Shown: in pieces, positions 33,018-42,294 of the stretch
Numbering within the stretch: position 1 is the stretch's first letter
Layout of the letters: every line of letters starts with the position of its first letter
Origin: Polyangiaceae bacterium
Lineage (GTDB): Bacteria; Myxococcota_A; Polyangia; Polyangiales; Polyangiaceae
DNA length: 64,000 nt
Direction: 5' to 3'
Assembly (NCBI GenBank): GCA_019637295.1
Contig: JAHBVX010000011.1
Location: forward strand, 17,735 to 81,734
Notes under the pieces: model-generated
Told to the model about the DNA's origin: nothing
What the model saw: only the letters and a program-made list of their open reading frames with translations
The model's database searches: none
Position numbers and translations under genes: made by a program

Positions 33018-35687
33018 TCAGGAGGCCCAGGCACGGCGCGTGTCCGTCAGCGTGTCGACCAGATCATGCGCGCCGGACTCGCGAGCCGTCTCGATGGCTT
33101 GCTCGATGTAGCCCAGGGCCTCTCGCTCGCGGTGACGCCCGTGAGCGATGTCGGCCAACCCGCCCAGCACCTTGGCCCGATCCGTACCGCTCGGGCCGGC
33201 GTAGTCGAGCGCCTCGCGGAGCACTCCCTCGGCGTCCGCGAAGTTCCCGGCGCGGGTCAGGGCCGTCCCCAGCTTGCGCGCGAAGATGAGCACGGCGCGC
33301 ATGGGATCGTCGAGCTCGCCCCGCGCGATCTCGCGCCGCGCGATCTCGAGCCCACGGCGCAGCGACTCGACTTCGGTGAGCACGTCCCCGCGGCTCGCCG
33401 CGCGGTCCGCGACCTGCTCCAGCAGCAGCAGCGCTTGAAAGGAGTCCTGCGCCTCGTAGGCGTGGTGAGCCTTGGCCTCGAGGGGTGCGCCGACGTCATC
33501 GCACACGCGCAAGGCCTTGGCGTGCAGCTCGCGCCGAACTGCGGCAGGCAACCCCGCGAGTACGAGCTCGCGCAGCAACGGGTGTGACGTGGACACGCCG
33601 TCTCCCTCGAGCCGGACCATCCCCGCAGCCTCCAGGGCATCGAGCGCGCTGGGCACGTCCGTGTTGGCGGGCAAGAGCTCGCCGATGATGCCCGGCCGGG
33701 TCTTGTCGCCCAGCACCGCCAACGCCTGCAGCACGCGCCGTGGTTCCGGCTCGAGCATGTCGAGCCGCAGCGCGACGAGGTCGCCGAGGCGAGCGGGCGC
33801 GTCGTTGCCGCCGTCGATGGCGAAGCGGGTGAGCTGCTCCACGTAGAGCGGCAAGACGCCGCGACCGGAGTCTTCGTCGTCCACCACGGGCGCACCCGGG
33901 ACCCGGCGCAAGAGCCGCGAGAGGGCTGGGGGCGGGAGCCCAGCGAGCATCCTCGCGGCGTGGCTGGCGCCCCAACCCGACTCGAAGCCCGGCACGTGGC
34001 TACACACCATCAGCAGGGGTACCTCGGGTGGCTCGCCGATGGCGTCCGCGAACGCGAAGCGACTCGGCGGATCGACCCGATGCAGCTCGTCGATCGCCAG
34101 GATGATTCGGTGGGCAGCGTGGTCCTCGCTCGCACGGCGGATGGCGTGACGTAGCGCCTCCGCCACCGAGTAGCGTCGCTCCGTCGGGCTGCGCTCGCCG
34201 TTCTTCTTGCCGCCGCTCGACACGTCGTCGAGGCCTTGCTTCGCGTCGGCCGAAGCGCTCGCGAATCGGAGGGCCGCCTCCTTGCCGTCCGCGACGCCGA
34301 GCAGCGCGAAGATGGCCTGGCGCACGCTGTGGTACGCGGCCTCCGACCAGTACGGATCCGGTTGGACCCAGACGAAGACGTCTCCGTCGGTGACCGCCCG
34401 ATTGGCGAACTCTTGCAGCAGCCTGGACTTGCCGCTGCCCAGCTCGCCGACGATCCGCGCGCCCGCCGCGGTGGTGCCGCCCACCTGCTGGCGTCGGTCC
34501 TCGAGCCACGCCAGGTCGTCGTCCCGGCCCAGGAAGGGCAGCGGAAACTGCGAGGCGTCGGGCGCTTGGGTGACCGCGGGCAGGCGCGCCCCGCACTCGC
34601 AACAGAACCGAGCTTGGGGCACGACCATGCTGCAGCTACCGCACACCGTGGTGGCGCCGGGCACGAGCGACATGGGTGGCAGCGAGCTCGAGCGCTCGGG
34701 GGGCAGACTGACAGCGAGCTCGAGCGCGTGCTTGAGCGCGTCTGCGAACTCGAGCGCGTCCTGGTAGCGCGCTGCTGCGTCCTTCTGCAGCGCCTTCAGG
34801 CACACCTCCGCGATCGAGTCGGGGATGTTTCGCTCCGGCGCGACCTGCCTCGGGTCGGGCACCGGAATGGACAGGTGCATCATCACCACCTGGGTGGGAT
34901 TGTCTGCTTCGAACGGCAGCCGGCTGGTGAGGAGCTGAAACAGCATCACGCCCACGGCGTACAGGTCGCTGCGCCCATCGATGGGATCGCCGCGGCCCTG
35001 CTCGGGCGCCATGTAGTCTGGCGTGCCGCACACGATGCCGGGGCTGGTCACGTTCGTGGCTTGTTCGTCCTGCTTCAGCTTGGCTAGGCCGAAGTCCACC
35101 ACCTTGACGAAGTCGCCCCCTCGCCGCAGCGGCTCGATGATCACGTTCTCGGGCTTGAGATCCCGATGCACGATGCCCAGGTCGTGCGCTTCCCCGAGGG
35201 CCGCGAGCACCTGCCTGAGGACGTCGACGATGCGGGTGAACGGAAGCGGCCCTTCCTCCCAGGCGACCCGGGCCAAGTCCTGCCCCCGCAGGAACTCCAT
35301 CACCAAGTAGGGCTGGCCGTCGTCCGTGCGCCCGAAGTCGAACACGGAGATGGAGTTGGGGTGATTGAGCTGGCTGGCCGCCCGCGCCTCGGTCATGAAG
35401 CGAACCGCGGAGTTCTCGTCCGCGAGCAGGTGCGGGTGGATCACCTTCACGGCGACGGTGCGGCCCAGCACGCTCTGCTCGGCGCGATAGACCCTGCCCA
35501 TGCCGCCGACGCTGATCAGGTCCAGGACGTGGTAGCCGCCCGGCAGGGAGCGGCCGATCAGCTTGTCCTCGGTCGCGCGGCCCACCGTACCGACGGGAAA
35601 ACCACACGCGGGACAATAGTGGTGTTCCGTCGAGCAGCTCGTCTCGCACTGCGGACACGGGCGCATGATGGGGGCGGAGCTGGCCAT
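33018..35687 (-). CDS. Ser/Thr protein kinase fused to a P-loop ATPase and TPR-like C-terminus, with an N-terminal zinc ribbon
   Basis: Zinc ribbon CPQCETSCSTEHHYCPACG. Kinase motifs GGMGRVYRAEQ, VAVKVI, HRDLKPENV, DFGLA and YMAPEQ. A second Cys cluster is CGSCSMVVPQARFCCECG. Walker A is GELGSGKSRLL, followed by a helical repeat C-terminus. The start is uncertain (ATG 35687, 35708 or 35666). Confidence 0.88.
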   Translation of the reverse strand: MASSAPIMRPCPQCETSCSTEHHYCPACGFPVGTVGRATEDKLIGRSLPGGYHVLDLISVGGMGRVYRAEQSVLGRTVAVKVIHPHLLADENSAVRFMTEARAASQLNHPNSISVFDFGRTDDGQPYLVMEFLRGQDLARVAWEEGPLPFTRIVDVLRQVLAALGEAHDLGIVHRDLKPENVIIEPLRRGGDFVKVVDFGLAKLKQDEQATNVTSPGIVCGTPDYMAPEQGRGDPIDGRSDLYAVGVMLFQLLTSRLPFEADNPTQVVMMHLSIPVPDPRQVAPERNIPDSIAEVCLKALQKDAAARYQDALEFADALKHALELAVSLPPERSSSLPPMSLVPGATTVCGSCSMVVPQARFCCECGARLPAVTQAPDASQFPLPFLGRDDDLAWLEDRRQQVGGTTAAGARIVGELGSGKSRLLQEFANRAVTDGDVFVWVQPDPYWSEAAYHSVRQAIFALLGVADGKEAALRFASASADAKQGLDDVSSGGKKNGERSPTERRYSVAEALRHAIRRASEDHAAHRIILAIDELHRVDPPSRFAFADAIGEPPEVPLLMVCSHVPGFESGWGASHAARMLAGLPPPALSRLLRRVPGAPVVDDEDSGRGVLPLYVEQLTRFAIDGGNDAPARLGDLVALRLDMLEPEPRRVLQALAVLGDKTRPGIIGELLPANTDVPSALDALEAAGMVRLEGDGVSTSHPLLRELVLAGLPAAVRRELHAKALRVCDDVGAPLEAKAHHAYEAQDSFQALLLLEQVADRAASRGDVLTEVESLRRGLEIARREIARGELDDPMRAVLIFARKLGTALTRAGNFADAEGVLREALDYAGPSGTDRAKVLGGLADIAHGRHREREALGYIEQAIETARESGAHDLVDTLTDTRRAWAS

Positions 35688-35839
35688 CGGGGAGTCTCGC
35701 CGGCCCATGGGCCAGCGGGGCACAGTATCGGCCGCTTCTGCGCCAAAGGGAAGGCCCGCTGCAGGGGGCGGGGCGAGGCCGCGGTGGCGAGCCTCACGCA
35801 CTTAGCCCAAATCGAGCGCTTGCATTAGACTGCCCCGTG

Positions 35840-36853
35840 ATGTCTGCGGTGCGCGTCCCCCTAGGCGAAATGTTGGTCGCCGCGCAGGTGATCACGCGCG
35901 AGCAGCTCGAGGAGGTTCTCGGCCTGCAGAAGCAGGATGGACGACGCCTCGGCACCCTGCTCGTGGAGTCGGGAGTGGTGACGGAGACGCAGGTGACGCA
36001 GATTCTGAGTCAGCAGCTCAGCGTCCCCTGGGTATCCCTCTATCACATCGACTTCTCTCGACAATTGCTGGACCTCGTGCCGCGCGAGCTGGCCGAGCGA
36101 CACTGTCTGGTGCCCATCTTCGTGCGCCGAGTCCGGGGTCAGGGCAACACGCTGTACGTGGCGATGGACGATCCCGCCAACCTGCAGGCTCAAGAGGAGG
36201 TCTCTGGCTACGCCGGGCTGCCTGTGCGCGCGATGATCGCGCCGCCTTCGGACGTTCGCTCGGCCATCCGGGTCTACTATGGTGGGGTCGAGGCCGAGGT
36301 GGAGCTCGCCGAGCCGCCCGGCGCGCCCGAGCCGCCCGCGCCGCGATCCGAGCCACCGGCGGCGGCCCCGGCCTCGTCAGCGGAGGCCGCGCCCATCGCT
36401 CCCGCGTCGGGCCAGACCGCCGTCGCGCCGGCGAGCGCCGCGCCCGCGCCCGCCCTCGAGGTGTCCGACTCGGAGCCGCAGCAGGCCGCGACTCGAGTGC
36501 GCCGGGAGACGCCACCGCCCGAGAGCGGACCGATCTCGGCTCACGAGGTGCGCATGCCTCGACCCATCAAGGGCGGAGCCAAGCGGCTCGTCACCTTGAC
36601 GCTGCTCGACGGGACGCAGATCAACCTGCCCGCGCGCGGCAGCGCCGCTCCCAAGCCGGCGAGCGAGGGCGACCCCCTCACCGCGCGAGACATGGTCGCC
36701 GCCCTGCGCGCGGTAGCGCACGGCGCGGACGCGACGGAGGTGCTTGGCGAAAACGTGCGCTGGGAGGCCATGTTCGCCGCCCTGCTCAGCCTCCTGCTCA
36801 AGAAGCACTTGATCGCCGACTGGGAGTTCGTGGACGAGTACAAGAAGTTCTGA
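35840..36853 (+). CDS. stand-alone MshEN/T2SSE_N-domain protein (predicted c-di-GMP receptor) with a Pro/Ala-rich linker and a small C-terminal domain
   Basis: 337 aa from ATG 35840 (GTG at 35837 is also possible). The N-terminal about 110 aa match the GspE/PilB N-terminal domain (LYHIDFSRQLLDLVPRELAERHCLVPIF...LYVAMDDPAN). No ATPase domain follows. Confidence 0.8.
   Translation: MSAVRVPLGEMLVAAQVITREQLEEVLGLQKQDGRRLGTLLVESGVVTETQVTQILSQQLSVPWVSLYHIDFSRQLLDLVPRELAERHCLVPIFVRRVRGQGNTLYVAMDDPANLQAQEEVSGYAGLPVRAMIAPPSDVRSAIRVYYGGVEAEVELAEPPGAPEPPAPRSEPPAAAPASSAEAAPIAPASGQTAVAPASAAPAPALEVSDSEPQQAATRVRRETPPPESGPISAHEVRMPRPIKGGAKRLVTLTLLDGTQINLPARGSAAPKPASEGDPLTARDMVAALRAVAHGADATEVLGENVRWEAMFAALLSLLLKKHLIADWEFVDEYKKF
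35858..36016 (+). other. tandem 24-residue MshEN-type c-di-GMP-binding motifs separated by a 5-residue spacer
   Basis: PLGEMLVAAQVITREQLEEVLGLQ - KQDGR - RLGTLLVESGVVTETQVTQILSQQ. The second copy fits RLGxx(L/V/I)(L/V/I)xxG(L/V/I)(L/V/I)xxxxLxxxLxxQ with one conservative change (V for L). Confidence 0.7.
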
Positions 36854-36858
36854 CCGGG

Positions 36859-38016
36859 TCAGCGGATGGCACCGGCGCTTCGCAAGGCCGCGATCTGCTC
36901 CGGCGTGAAGTCTGCGCCTCGCAGGATCGCGTCGCTGTGCTGCCCGTGGGTGGGGGCACCGGTGGCATCGATCGCGGCATCCGTGACCGGCGTTCGGTAG
37001 TAGCTGACGCGTCGACCATCGACGTCGCCGTCGAAGAACGCTCCCCGCGCGACCAGGTGCGCATCATCGCGCAGCTCCTCGGGGCGGAGGACCGGCTCCA
37101 CGCAGCAATCGTGCTCCCGGTTGAAGGCCTCCCACTCGGCGCGGGTACGCGAGCGAAACACCTCGCGATAGCGCGCGACCAGCTCGGCTTGGTGCGGCCC
37201 CGGCATCAGCGACGTCAGGTCGGCGGGGAGGCCCGTGGCCTCGCACAGCCGCAGCAAGAACTTGGGTTCGAGCGACCCTACGGTCACGAACTCGCCGTCC
37301 CGCGTCTCGTACGTGCCATAGGGTGCGATGCCCCCCGTGAGCAGCTCGCCGCCTCGCGTTGGTAGCTCGCCGCCGAGCAGCTTGGACAGCGCCACCGTCG
37401 CGAACGGGATCACCGAGTCGACCATGGCGATGTCCAAGATCTTCCCGCGCCCCGTGCGCTCGCGCTCCATCAACGCCCCGAGGATGGCCACCACCGACCA
37501 CAAGCCACCCGACACGTCGGCGAGCTGGAAGGCAGGGACGGCGGGCGGGCCGTCGGCGGGGCCCTGCAAGCCCAGCACACCCGCGCGTGCGAGGTAGTTC
37601 AGATCATGTCCGGCGCGATCCCGCAGCGGTCCCGTCTGGCCGTAGCCCGTGAGGGCGCACACCACCAGGCGTGGGTTCTCAGCGAGCAGCGCATCGTGTC
37701 CCAAGCCGAGTCGAGCCAGCACTCCAGGTCGGAACTGCTCGAACACCACGTCGTAGCTGCGGACCAACTTGCGGAAGGCGTCGGCGCCGGCGGGGTTCTT
37801 CAGGTCCAGTCCCAGGCTGCGTTTGCCGCGGTTGAGCGCGTGAAACGCCGCGCTCTGGTCATGGACCAGCGGAGGGGTGTGCCGGAGGTAGTCCCCCATG
37901 CCGAGGTCCTCCACCTTGTCCACGCTCGCGCCGAGGTCCGCGAGCACCAAGGTCGCGAAGGGGCCTGGCAGGAGGCGCGTCAGATCGAGGACGCGCACTC
38001 CGCCGAGCGCGCTCAC
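36859..38016 (-). CDS. CaiB/BaiF family III CoA-transferase (alpha-methylacyl-CoA racemase-like)
   Basis: GTG 38016 overlaps the accC-like stop as GTGA, giving 385 aa. N-terminus LGGVRVLDLTRLLPGPFATLVLADLGASVDKVE, and the sequence is family III CoA-transferase-like throughout. Confidence 0.85.
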   Translation of the reverse strand: MSALGGVRVLDLTRLLPGPFATLVLADLGASVDKVEDLGMGDYLRHTPPLVHDQSAAFHALNRGKRSLGLDLKNPAGADAFRKLVRSYDVVFEQFRPGVLARLGLGHDALLAENPRLVVCALTGYGQTGPLRDRAGHDLNYLARAGVLGLQGPADGPPAVPAFQLADVSGGLWSVVAILGALMERERTGRGKILDIAMVDSVIPFATVALSKLLGGELPTRGGELLTGGIAPYGTYETRDGEFVTVGSLEPKFLLRLCEATGLPADLTSLMPGPHQAELVARYREVFRSRTRAEWEAFNREHDCCVEPVLRPEELRDDAHLVARGAFFDGDVDGRRVSYYRTPVTDAAIDATGAPTHGQHSDAILRGADFTPEQIAALRSAGAIR

Positions 38017-39533
38017 GCTCCACCTCGGCTCGCGCGCCCGAGACGCGCCCGGTGGGCATGGACCCAGGGCGCGAGCGCGTGACCGTTCGCTGCCGGCGCC
38101 GCCGGCTGTGAGCTCACCGCGCGGTGGTGGGCGAGGGCGGCCAGCGCCGAGGCGAGCTGCTCCTTGCTCGGCTCGTGGCCGGAGGCGGCGGAGAGCAGCT
38201 CGTCCTTGTGACGGTCGATGAACCCCGTATCGTAGCGGCCCGCCGCGAACTCGGGCTGCGTCATCAGTCGCTCGTGGAACGCGAGGTTGGTCCGGATCCC
38301 GCCCACGACGTACTCGCCGAGGGCGCGTCGCATCCGAGCCAGCGCCAGCGCGCGCGTGGGCGCCCAGGTGGAGAGCTTCGAGACGAGCGGGTCGTAGTAG
38401 CTCGAGATCGTGCAGCCGGCGTAGGCGCCGCCGTCGTCCCGCACTCCGGGCCCGCTCGGGGTGCGCAGGGTGTGGATGACGCCGGGGCTCGGCAAGAACC
38501 CAGTGGCGGGGTCCTCGGCGTAGATCCGACACTCGATGGCTGCACCACGGCGGACGACGTCCGATTGTCCATAGCCCAGGGCTTCCCCGTTCGCGATCCG
38601 CACCATCTCGCGCACCAAGTCGATGCCCGTGACGAGCTCCGTGATCGGATGCTCGACCTGCAAGCGCGTATTCATCTCCAGGAAGTAGAAGGACTGGTCC
38701 TCTGCGAGCAGGAACTCGAAGGTACCGGCGGAGAAGTAGCCGACCGCTTGGGCGCCTTTGACCGCGAGCTCGCCCATCTTGCGCACGGTCTCGTCATCGA
38801 TGGCCGGGCAAGGGGTCTCCTCGACGACCTTCTGATGGCGACGCTGGATGCTGCAGTCGCGCTCGAACAGGTGGACGACGTTGCCCTGACGATCTCCGAG
38901 CACCTGGATCTCGACGTGACGAGGCTTGAGGATCGCCTTCTCGATGTACACCGTCTCGTCGCCAAAGCTCTTCCGGGCCTCGCTGCGCGCGCGGTCGAGG
39001 GCGGCTTCGAGCTCCGCCGCGGCTTGCACCAGTCGCATGCCCTTGCCCCCGCCGCCGGCGGTCGCCTTGAGCATGACGGGATAGCCGATGCGGGCCGCCG
39101 TCGCGCGTGCCTCGTCGAGGGTGCCAGCGCCGCCTCCGGGCACGACGGGCACGCCGGCCGCCGCCATCTTCTCGCGGGCGGCGGTCTTGAGGCCCATCGC
39201 CCGCATGGCGCTCGCGGGGGGCCCGATGAAGGTGATCCCCGCGGCCTCGCAGGCTTCGGGCAACGCCGGGTTCTCGGACAGGAAACCGTAGCCTGGGTGC
39301 AGCGCGTCACAGCCCGAGCGGCGCGCCACGTCGATCAGCCGCTCGACCCGCAGGTAACTCTCCGCCGCCGGCGCCGGGCCGATCTCGTACGCCTCGTCGG
39401 CCACCCTCACGTGCAGGGCGTCGCGATCCGCCTCGCTGTAGACCGCGACTGGCGAGACATCCATCTCGCGCAGCGTCCGCGCGACGCGCACCGCGATCTC
39501 TCCTCGATTGGCGATCAGCACCTTCTTGAACAT
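38013..39533 (-). CDS. accC: biotin carboxylase (acetyl/acyl-CoA carboxylase subunit) with a C-terminal extension of about 55 aa
   Basis: ATG 39533 gives MFKKVLIANRGEIAVRVARTLREMDV. It has an ATP-grasp region (MLKATAGGGGKGMRLV) and EMNTRLQVEHPITE. Length is 506 aa. Confidence 0.88.
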   Translation of the reverse strand: MFKKVLIANRGEIAVRVARTLREMDVSPVAVYSEADRDALHVRVADEAYEIGPAPAAESYLRVERLIDVARRSGCDALHPGYGFLSENPALPEACEAAGITFIGPPASAMRAMGLKTAAREKMAAAGVPVVPGGGAGTLDEARATAARIGYPVMLKATAGGGGKGMRLVQAAAELEAALDRARSEARKSFGDETVYIEKAILKPRHVEIQVLGDRQGNVVHLFERDCSIQRRHQKVVEETPCPAIDDETVRKMGELAVKGAQAVGYFSAGTFEFLLAEDQSFYFLEMNTRLQVEHPITELVTGIDLVREMVRIANGEALGYGQSDVVRRGAAIECRIYAEDPATGFLPSPGVIHTLRTPSGPGVRDDGGAYAGCTISSYYDPLVSKLSTWAPTRALALARMRRALGEYVVGGIRTNLAFHERLMTQPEFAAGRYDTGFIDRHKDELLSAASGHEPSKEQLASALAALAHHRAVSSQPAAPAANGHALAPWVHAHRARLGRASRGGA

Positions 39534-39622
39534 CGACGGCGGCCATAGCCCGAGACGGGTGCAGCGGGAAGGGAGCGGGCCCCGAGTTGCCTCCGGCGCG
39601 CGGACCGGACACAATCCCTGCC

Positions 39623-40381
39623 ATGCGTCCCGTTCTTTTCTTGGGGTTGTGCGTGCTCACGGCTTGTGGCGGCGACACCGGTGGTGCCGCGTCCGGCGGG
39701 GGAGGCAGCGGAGGCGGCGGGACCGACGGCGGAAGTGTCGGGGGCGCTGGTAGCGGCGGAGCAGGGGGTGGCAGCGGGGGCAGCGCCGCGGGAGCCGGTG
39801 CAGGCGGAAGCGCGGGAGCTGCCTCTGGAGGCAGCGCCGGCACAGCCGGTTCCGGCGGCGCAGGGAGCTCGCCGGAGTGCACCCAGGCCTCCGACTGCAA
39901 GCTGTTTCAGGACTGCTGCTCCTGCCAGGCGGTGCCCAGCGCCGAGCAGCCGCCCATGTGCAAGATGGCGTGCACCACCGAACGCTGCGACGCCCTCGGC
40001 GCCTCGGCCAAGGACGTCACCTGCGTCGCCGGGCGTTGCGTCATGGGCTTCGAGTGTGATCCGAAGGACGTGACGTGCAAGATCGCGGTGCCCCAGTGCC
40101 CGCCGGGCCAGGTGCCCGAAGTGTCGGGCAGTTGTTACACGCAGCAGTGTGTACCGGCAGACGAGTGCCGTAGCGTCGCCAGCTGCGCGGATTGCGCTCA
40201 GACCGATGCGTGCGTCTCCTACGTGGCGCAGCTCGGTCCGCAGCATCACTGCGTCAGCGTGCCGTCGTGCGGAGCCGCGAGCTGTGCGTGCTTGGGTCCG
40301 ACGGTTTGCGTAGGCGTGTTCAATGCGTGCAGCGACCAGTCGGGCGTCGAGGGCGTCACTTGCGGCTGCCCGACCTGTTGA
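39623..40381 (+). CDS. lipoprotein with a Gly/Ser/Ala-rich linker and a Cys-rich C-terminal domain
   Basis: ATG 39623 gives MRPVLFLGLCVLTACGG (canonical lipobox LTAC). A low-complexity G/S/A linker of about 75 aa follows, then about 150 aa with many Cys residues. Confidence 0.75.
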   Translation: MRPVLFLGLCVLTACGGDTGGAASGGGGSGGGGTDGGSVGGAGSGGAGGGSGGSAAGAGAGGSAGAASGGSAGTAGSGGAGSSPECTQASDCKLFQDCCSCQAVPSAEQPPMCKMACTTERCDALGASAKDVTCVAGRCVMGFECDPKDVTCKIAVPQCPPGQVPEVSGSCYTQQCVPADECRSVASCADCAQTDACVSYVAQLGPQHHCVSVPSCGAASCACLGPTVCVGVFNACSDQSGVEGVTCGCPTC

Positions 40382-40411
40382 TGCGTCGCGGGCGTTGGCC
40401 CTGAAGCCGAG

Positions 40412-41338
40412 TCAAGCAGTCAGTGCGCGGAACAGCGTCGTCGACGCGTAGCGTTCTCCCGTGTCGCAGAGCACGACCACCACGCGTTTGCCGGCGAACT
40501 CGCCCCGCTGGCACACGTCGATGGTCGCCGCCAGCGCGGCTCCGCTCGAAATGCCCGCCAGGATCCCTTCGCTTCGGGCCAGCCGCCGCGCGGCGCCGAG
40601 CGCCGCTTGCTCGTCGATCACACACAGCTCGTCGATCAGCGAGGTGTCGAGCACTCGCGGCACGAAGCCGGCCCCGATGCCCTGGATGTTGTGGCCCCGC
40701 GCGGCGCCACCCGAGAGTACGGCCGCGCCCTCGGGCTCGACGCCGATCACGCGCACATGAGGCGCGCGAGCCTTGAGCACACGGCCGACGCCCGTGATCG
40801 TCCCGCCGGTGCCGATGCCCGCCACGAAGGCATCGACGCGACCGTCCAGATCCCGCCACAGCTCCTCGGCGGTCGTGCGCTCGTGCACGCGGGGGTTCTC
40901 GGGATTGTCGAACTGTCTCAGCAAGACTGCGCCCGGAGTCGAAGCTCCCAGCACCTCGGCTTGTTCCACGGCGCTTCGCATCAGCGTGCCCGGGGTGAGC
41001 AGCACCTCTGCGCCGTACGCGCGCAGCAGCGCCACCCGCTCCTGGCTCATGGCCTCGGGCATCGTGAGGATCAGGCGGTAGCCCCGCGCCGCGGCCAGCA
41101 TCGCCAGCGCGATGCCCGTGTTGCCGCTGGTGGGCTCGATCAGCGTGGCGCCCGGGGCGAGCTGGCCCGAGCGTTCGGCCTCCTCGACCATGGCTCGTGC
41201 GATGCGATCCTTGACGCTACCGGCGGGATTCTGGCTCTCGAGCTTGGCGAGCAGCTCCACGCCCAGCTCGCGCGACAAGCGTTCGAGCTTCACGAGCGGG
41301 GTCTCGCCGATGACGTCTACGATGCCGGAGTAGAGCAT
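40412..41338 (-). CDS. cysK: cysteine synthase (O-acetylserine sulfhydrylase)
   Basis: ATG 41338 gives MLYSGIVDVIGETPLVKL. The PLP-lysine motif is NPAGSVKDR, and TSGNTGIALAM is present. Length is 308 aa. Confidence 0.9.
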   Translation of the reverse strand: MLYSGIVDVIGETPLVKLERLSRELGVELLAKLESQNPAGSVKDRIARAMVEEAERSGQLAPGATLIEPTSGNTGIALAMLAAARGYRLILTMPEAMSQERVALLRAYGAEVLLTPGTLMRSAVEQAEVLGASTPGAVLLRQFDNPENPRVHERTTAEELWRDLDGRVDAFVAGIGTGGTITGVGRVLKARAPHVRVIGVEPEGAAVLSGGAARGHNIQGIGAGFVPRVLDTSLIDELCVIDEQAALGAARRLARSEGILAGISSGAALAATIDVCQRGEFAGKRVVVVLCDTGERYASTTLFRALTA

Positions 41339-41394
41339 CACACCTGCCGCCTCTGTACCACGACTGGATGGTGGGGGGGGCCGGCCGCCGGTCC

Positions 41395-42267
41395 TCACCC
41401 GAACTGGCGCAGCAGGTCGTAGAGGATGGCCAGCACCGTGACCGCGATGAGCAGGAAGAGGCCGCTGCGGAGCCACCTGGCAGGCAGTCGCGCCGTCGCC
41501 AGGGCACCGAGCTGCGCGCTGACGCTCGCGCCGATGGCGAGCACCATCGCAGCGCCGAGGTGGACGTGGCCTTGGCGCGCGTGGGCGTAGGTCGCGGTGG
41601 CACTGGTCACCAGCAACACGAGCAGGCCGGTTCCCGCGGCTTGACGGATCGGGAATCCGAAGCCGTAGAGCAGGGCGGGCATCAAGGCGACTCCGCCGCC
41701 GACGCCGAGCAAACCGCTCAGGTAGCCGAGCCCGAGCCCGACGTAGGCGACGACCGGCGCCGAGACCCGTGAGAGCGGCACCGCCGGGAGGTCCACGTAG
41801 GGCGGGAGCCGAACGCGCGCGAGGGGTCCGCGTCGTACGTAGCCGAGCACCTCGACGCCGTCCTTGGCGCGCTTGCCGAGGCCAAGCGCCGAGCCGACCA
41901 GGAACACGATGTACGCGGTGTAGAGCACGACGACGACCAGCGGGAGCCGGCGACCGAGCAGTTCGACGTCTCCGTGCAGCGCAAGCACCTGCACCGTGCG
42001 CGCGCCCGCCACGGCTCCGAGCGCGCTCGGCACGAGCATCAGCAGGTCGAAGCGGAGCTCGCCTTGTTTCAGCCGGCGGTGGCGGAGCAGGCTGACCGTA
42101 GCCGTGCCGACCATCTGACAGAGTCCGCAGCCGATGGCGACGGGCAACGGGAAGCCGAGCACGACGGTGAGCAACGGCGTGAGGAGAAACCCGCCGCCCA
42201 CGCCGAACAGACCCGCCACGAAGCCCACGCCGACGCCAAACAGCGCCAGGGCCAGCAGACTCACCAT
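41395..42267 (-). CDS. TauE/SafE (DUF81) family sulfite/anion exporter-like membrane protein
   Basis: ATG 42267 gives MVSLLALALFGVGVGFVAGLFGVGGGFLLTPLL. A second GVGGG repeat lies in the C-terminal half, and the protein is polytopic. A TTG at 42285 is an alternative start. Confidence 0.8.
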   Translation of the reverse strand: MVSLLALALFGVGVGFVAGLFGVGGGFLLTPLLTVVLGFPLPVAIGCGLCQMVGTATVSLLRHRRLKQGELRFDLLMLVPSALGAVAGARTVQVLALHGDVELLGRRLPLVVVVLYTAYIVFLVGSALGLGKRAKDGVEVLGYVRRGPLARVRLPPYVDLPAVPLSRVSAPVVAYVGLGLGYLSGLLGVGGGVALMPALLYGFGFPIRQAAGTGLLVLLVTSATATYAHARQGHVHLGAAMVLAIGASVSAQLGALATARLPARWLRSGLFLLIAVTVLAILYDLLRQFG

Positions 42268-42294
42268 GTGTCCGTCGACGTCCAACGTCTTGGC

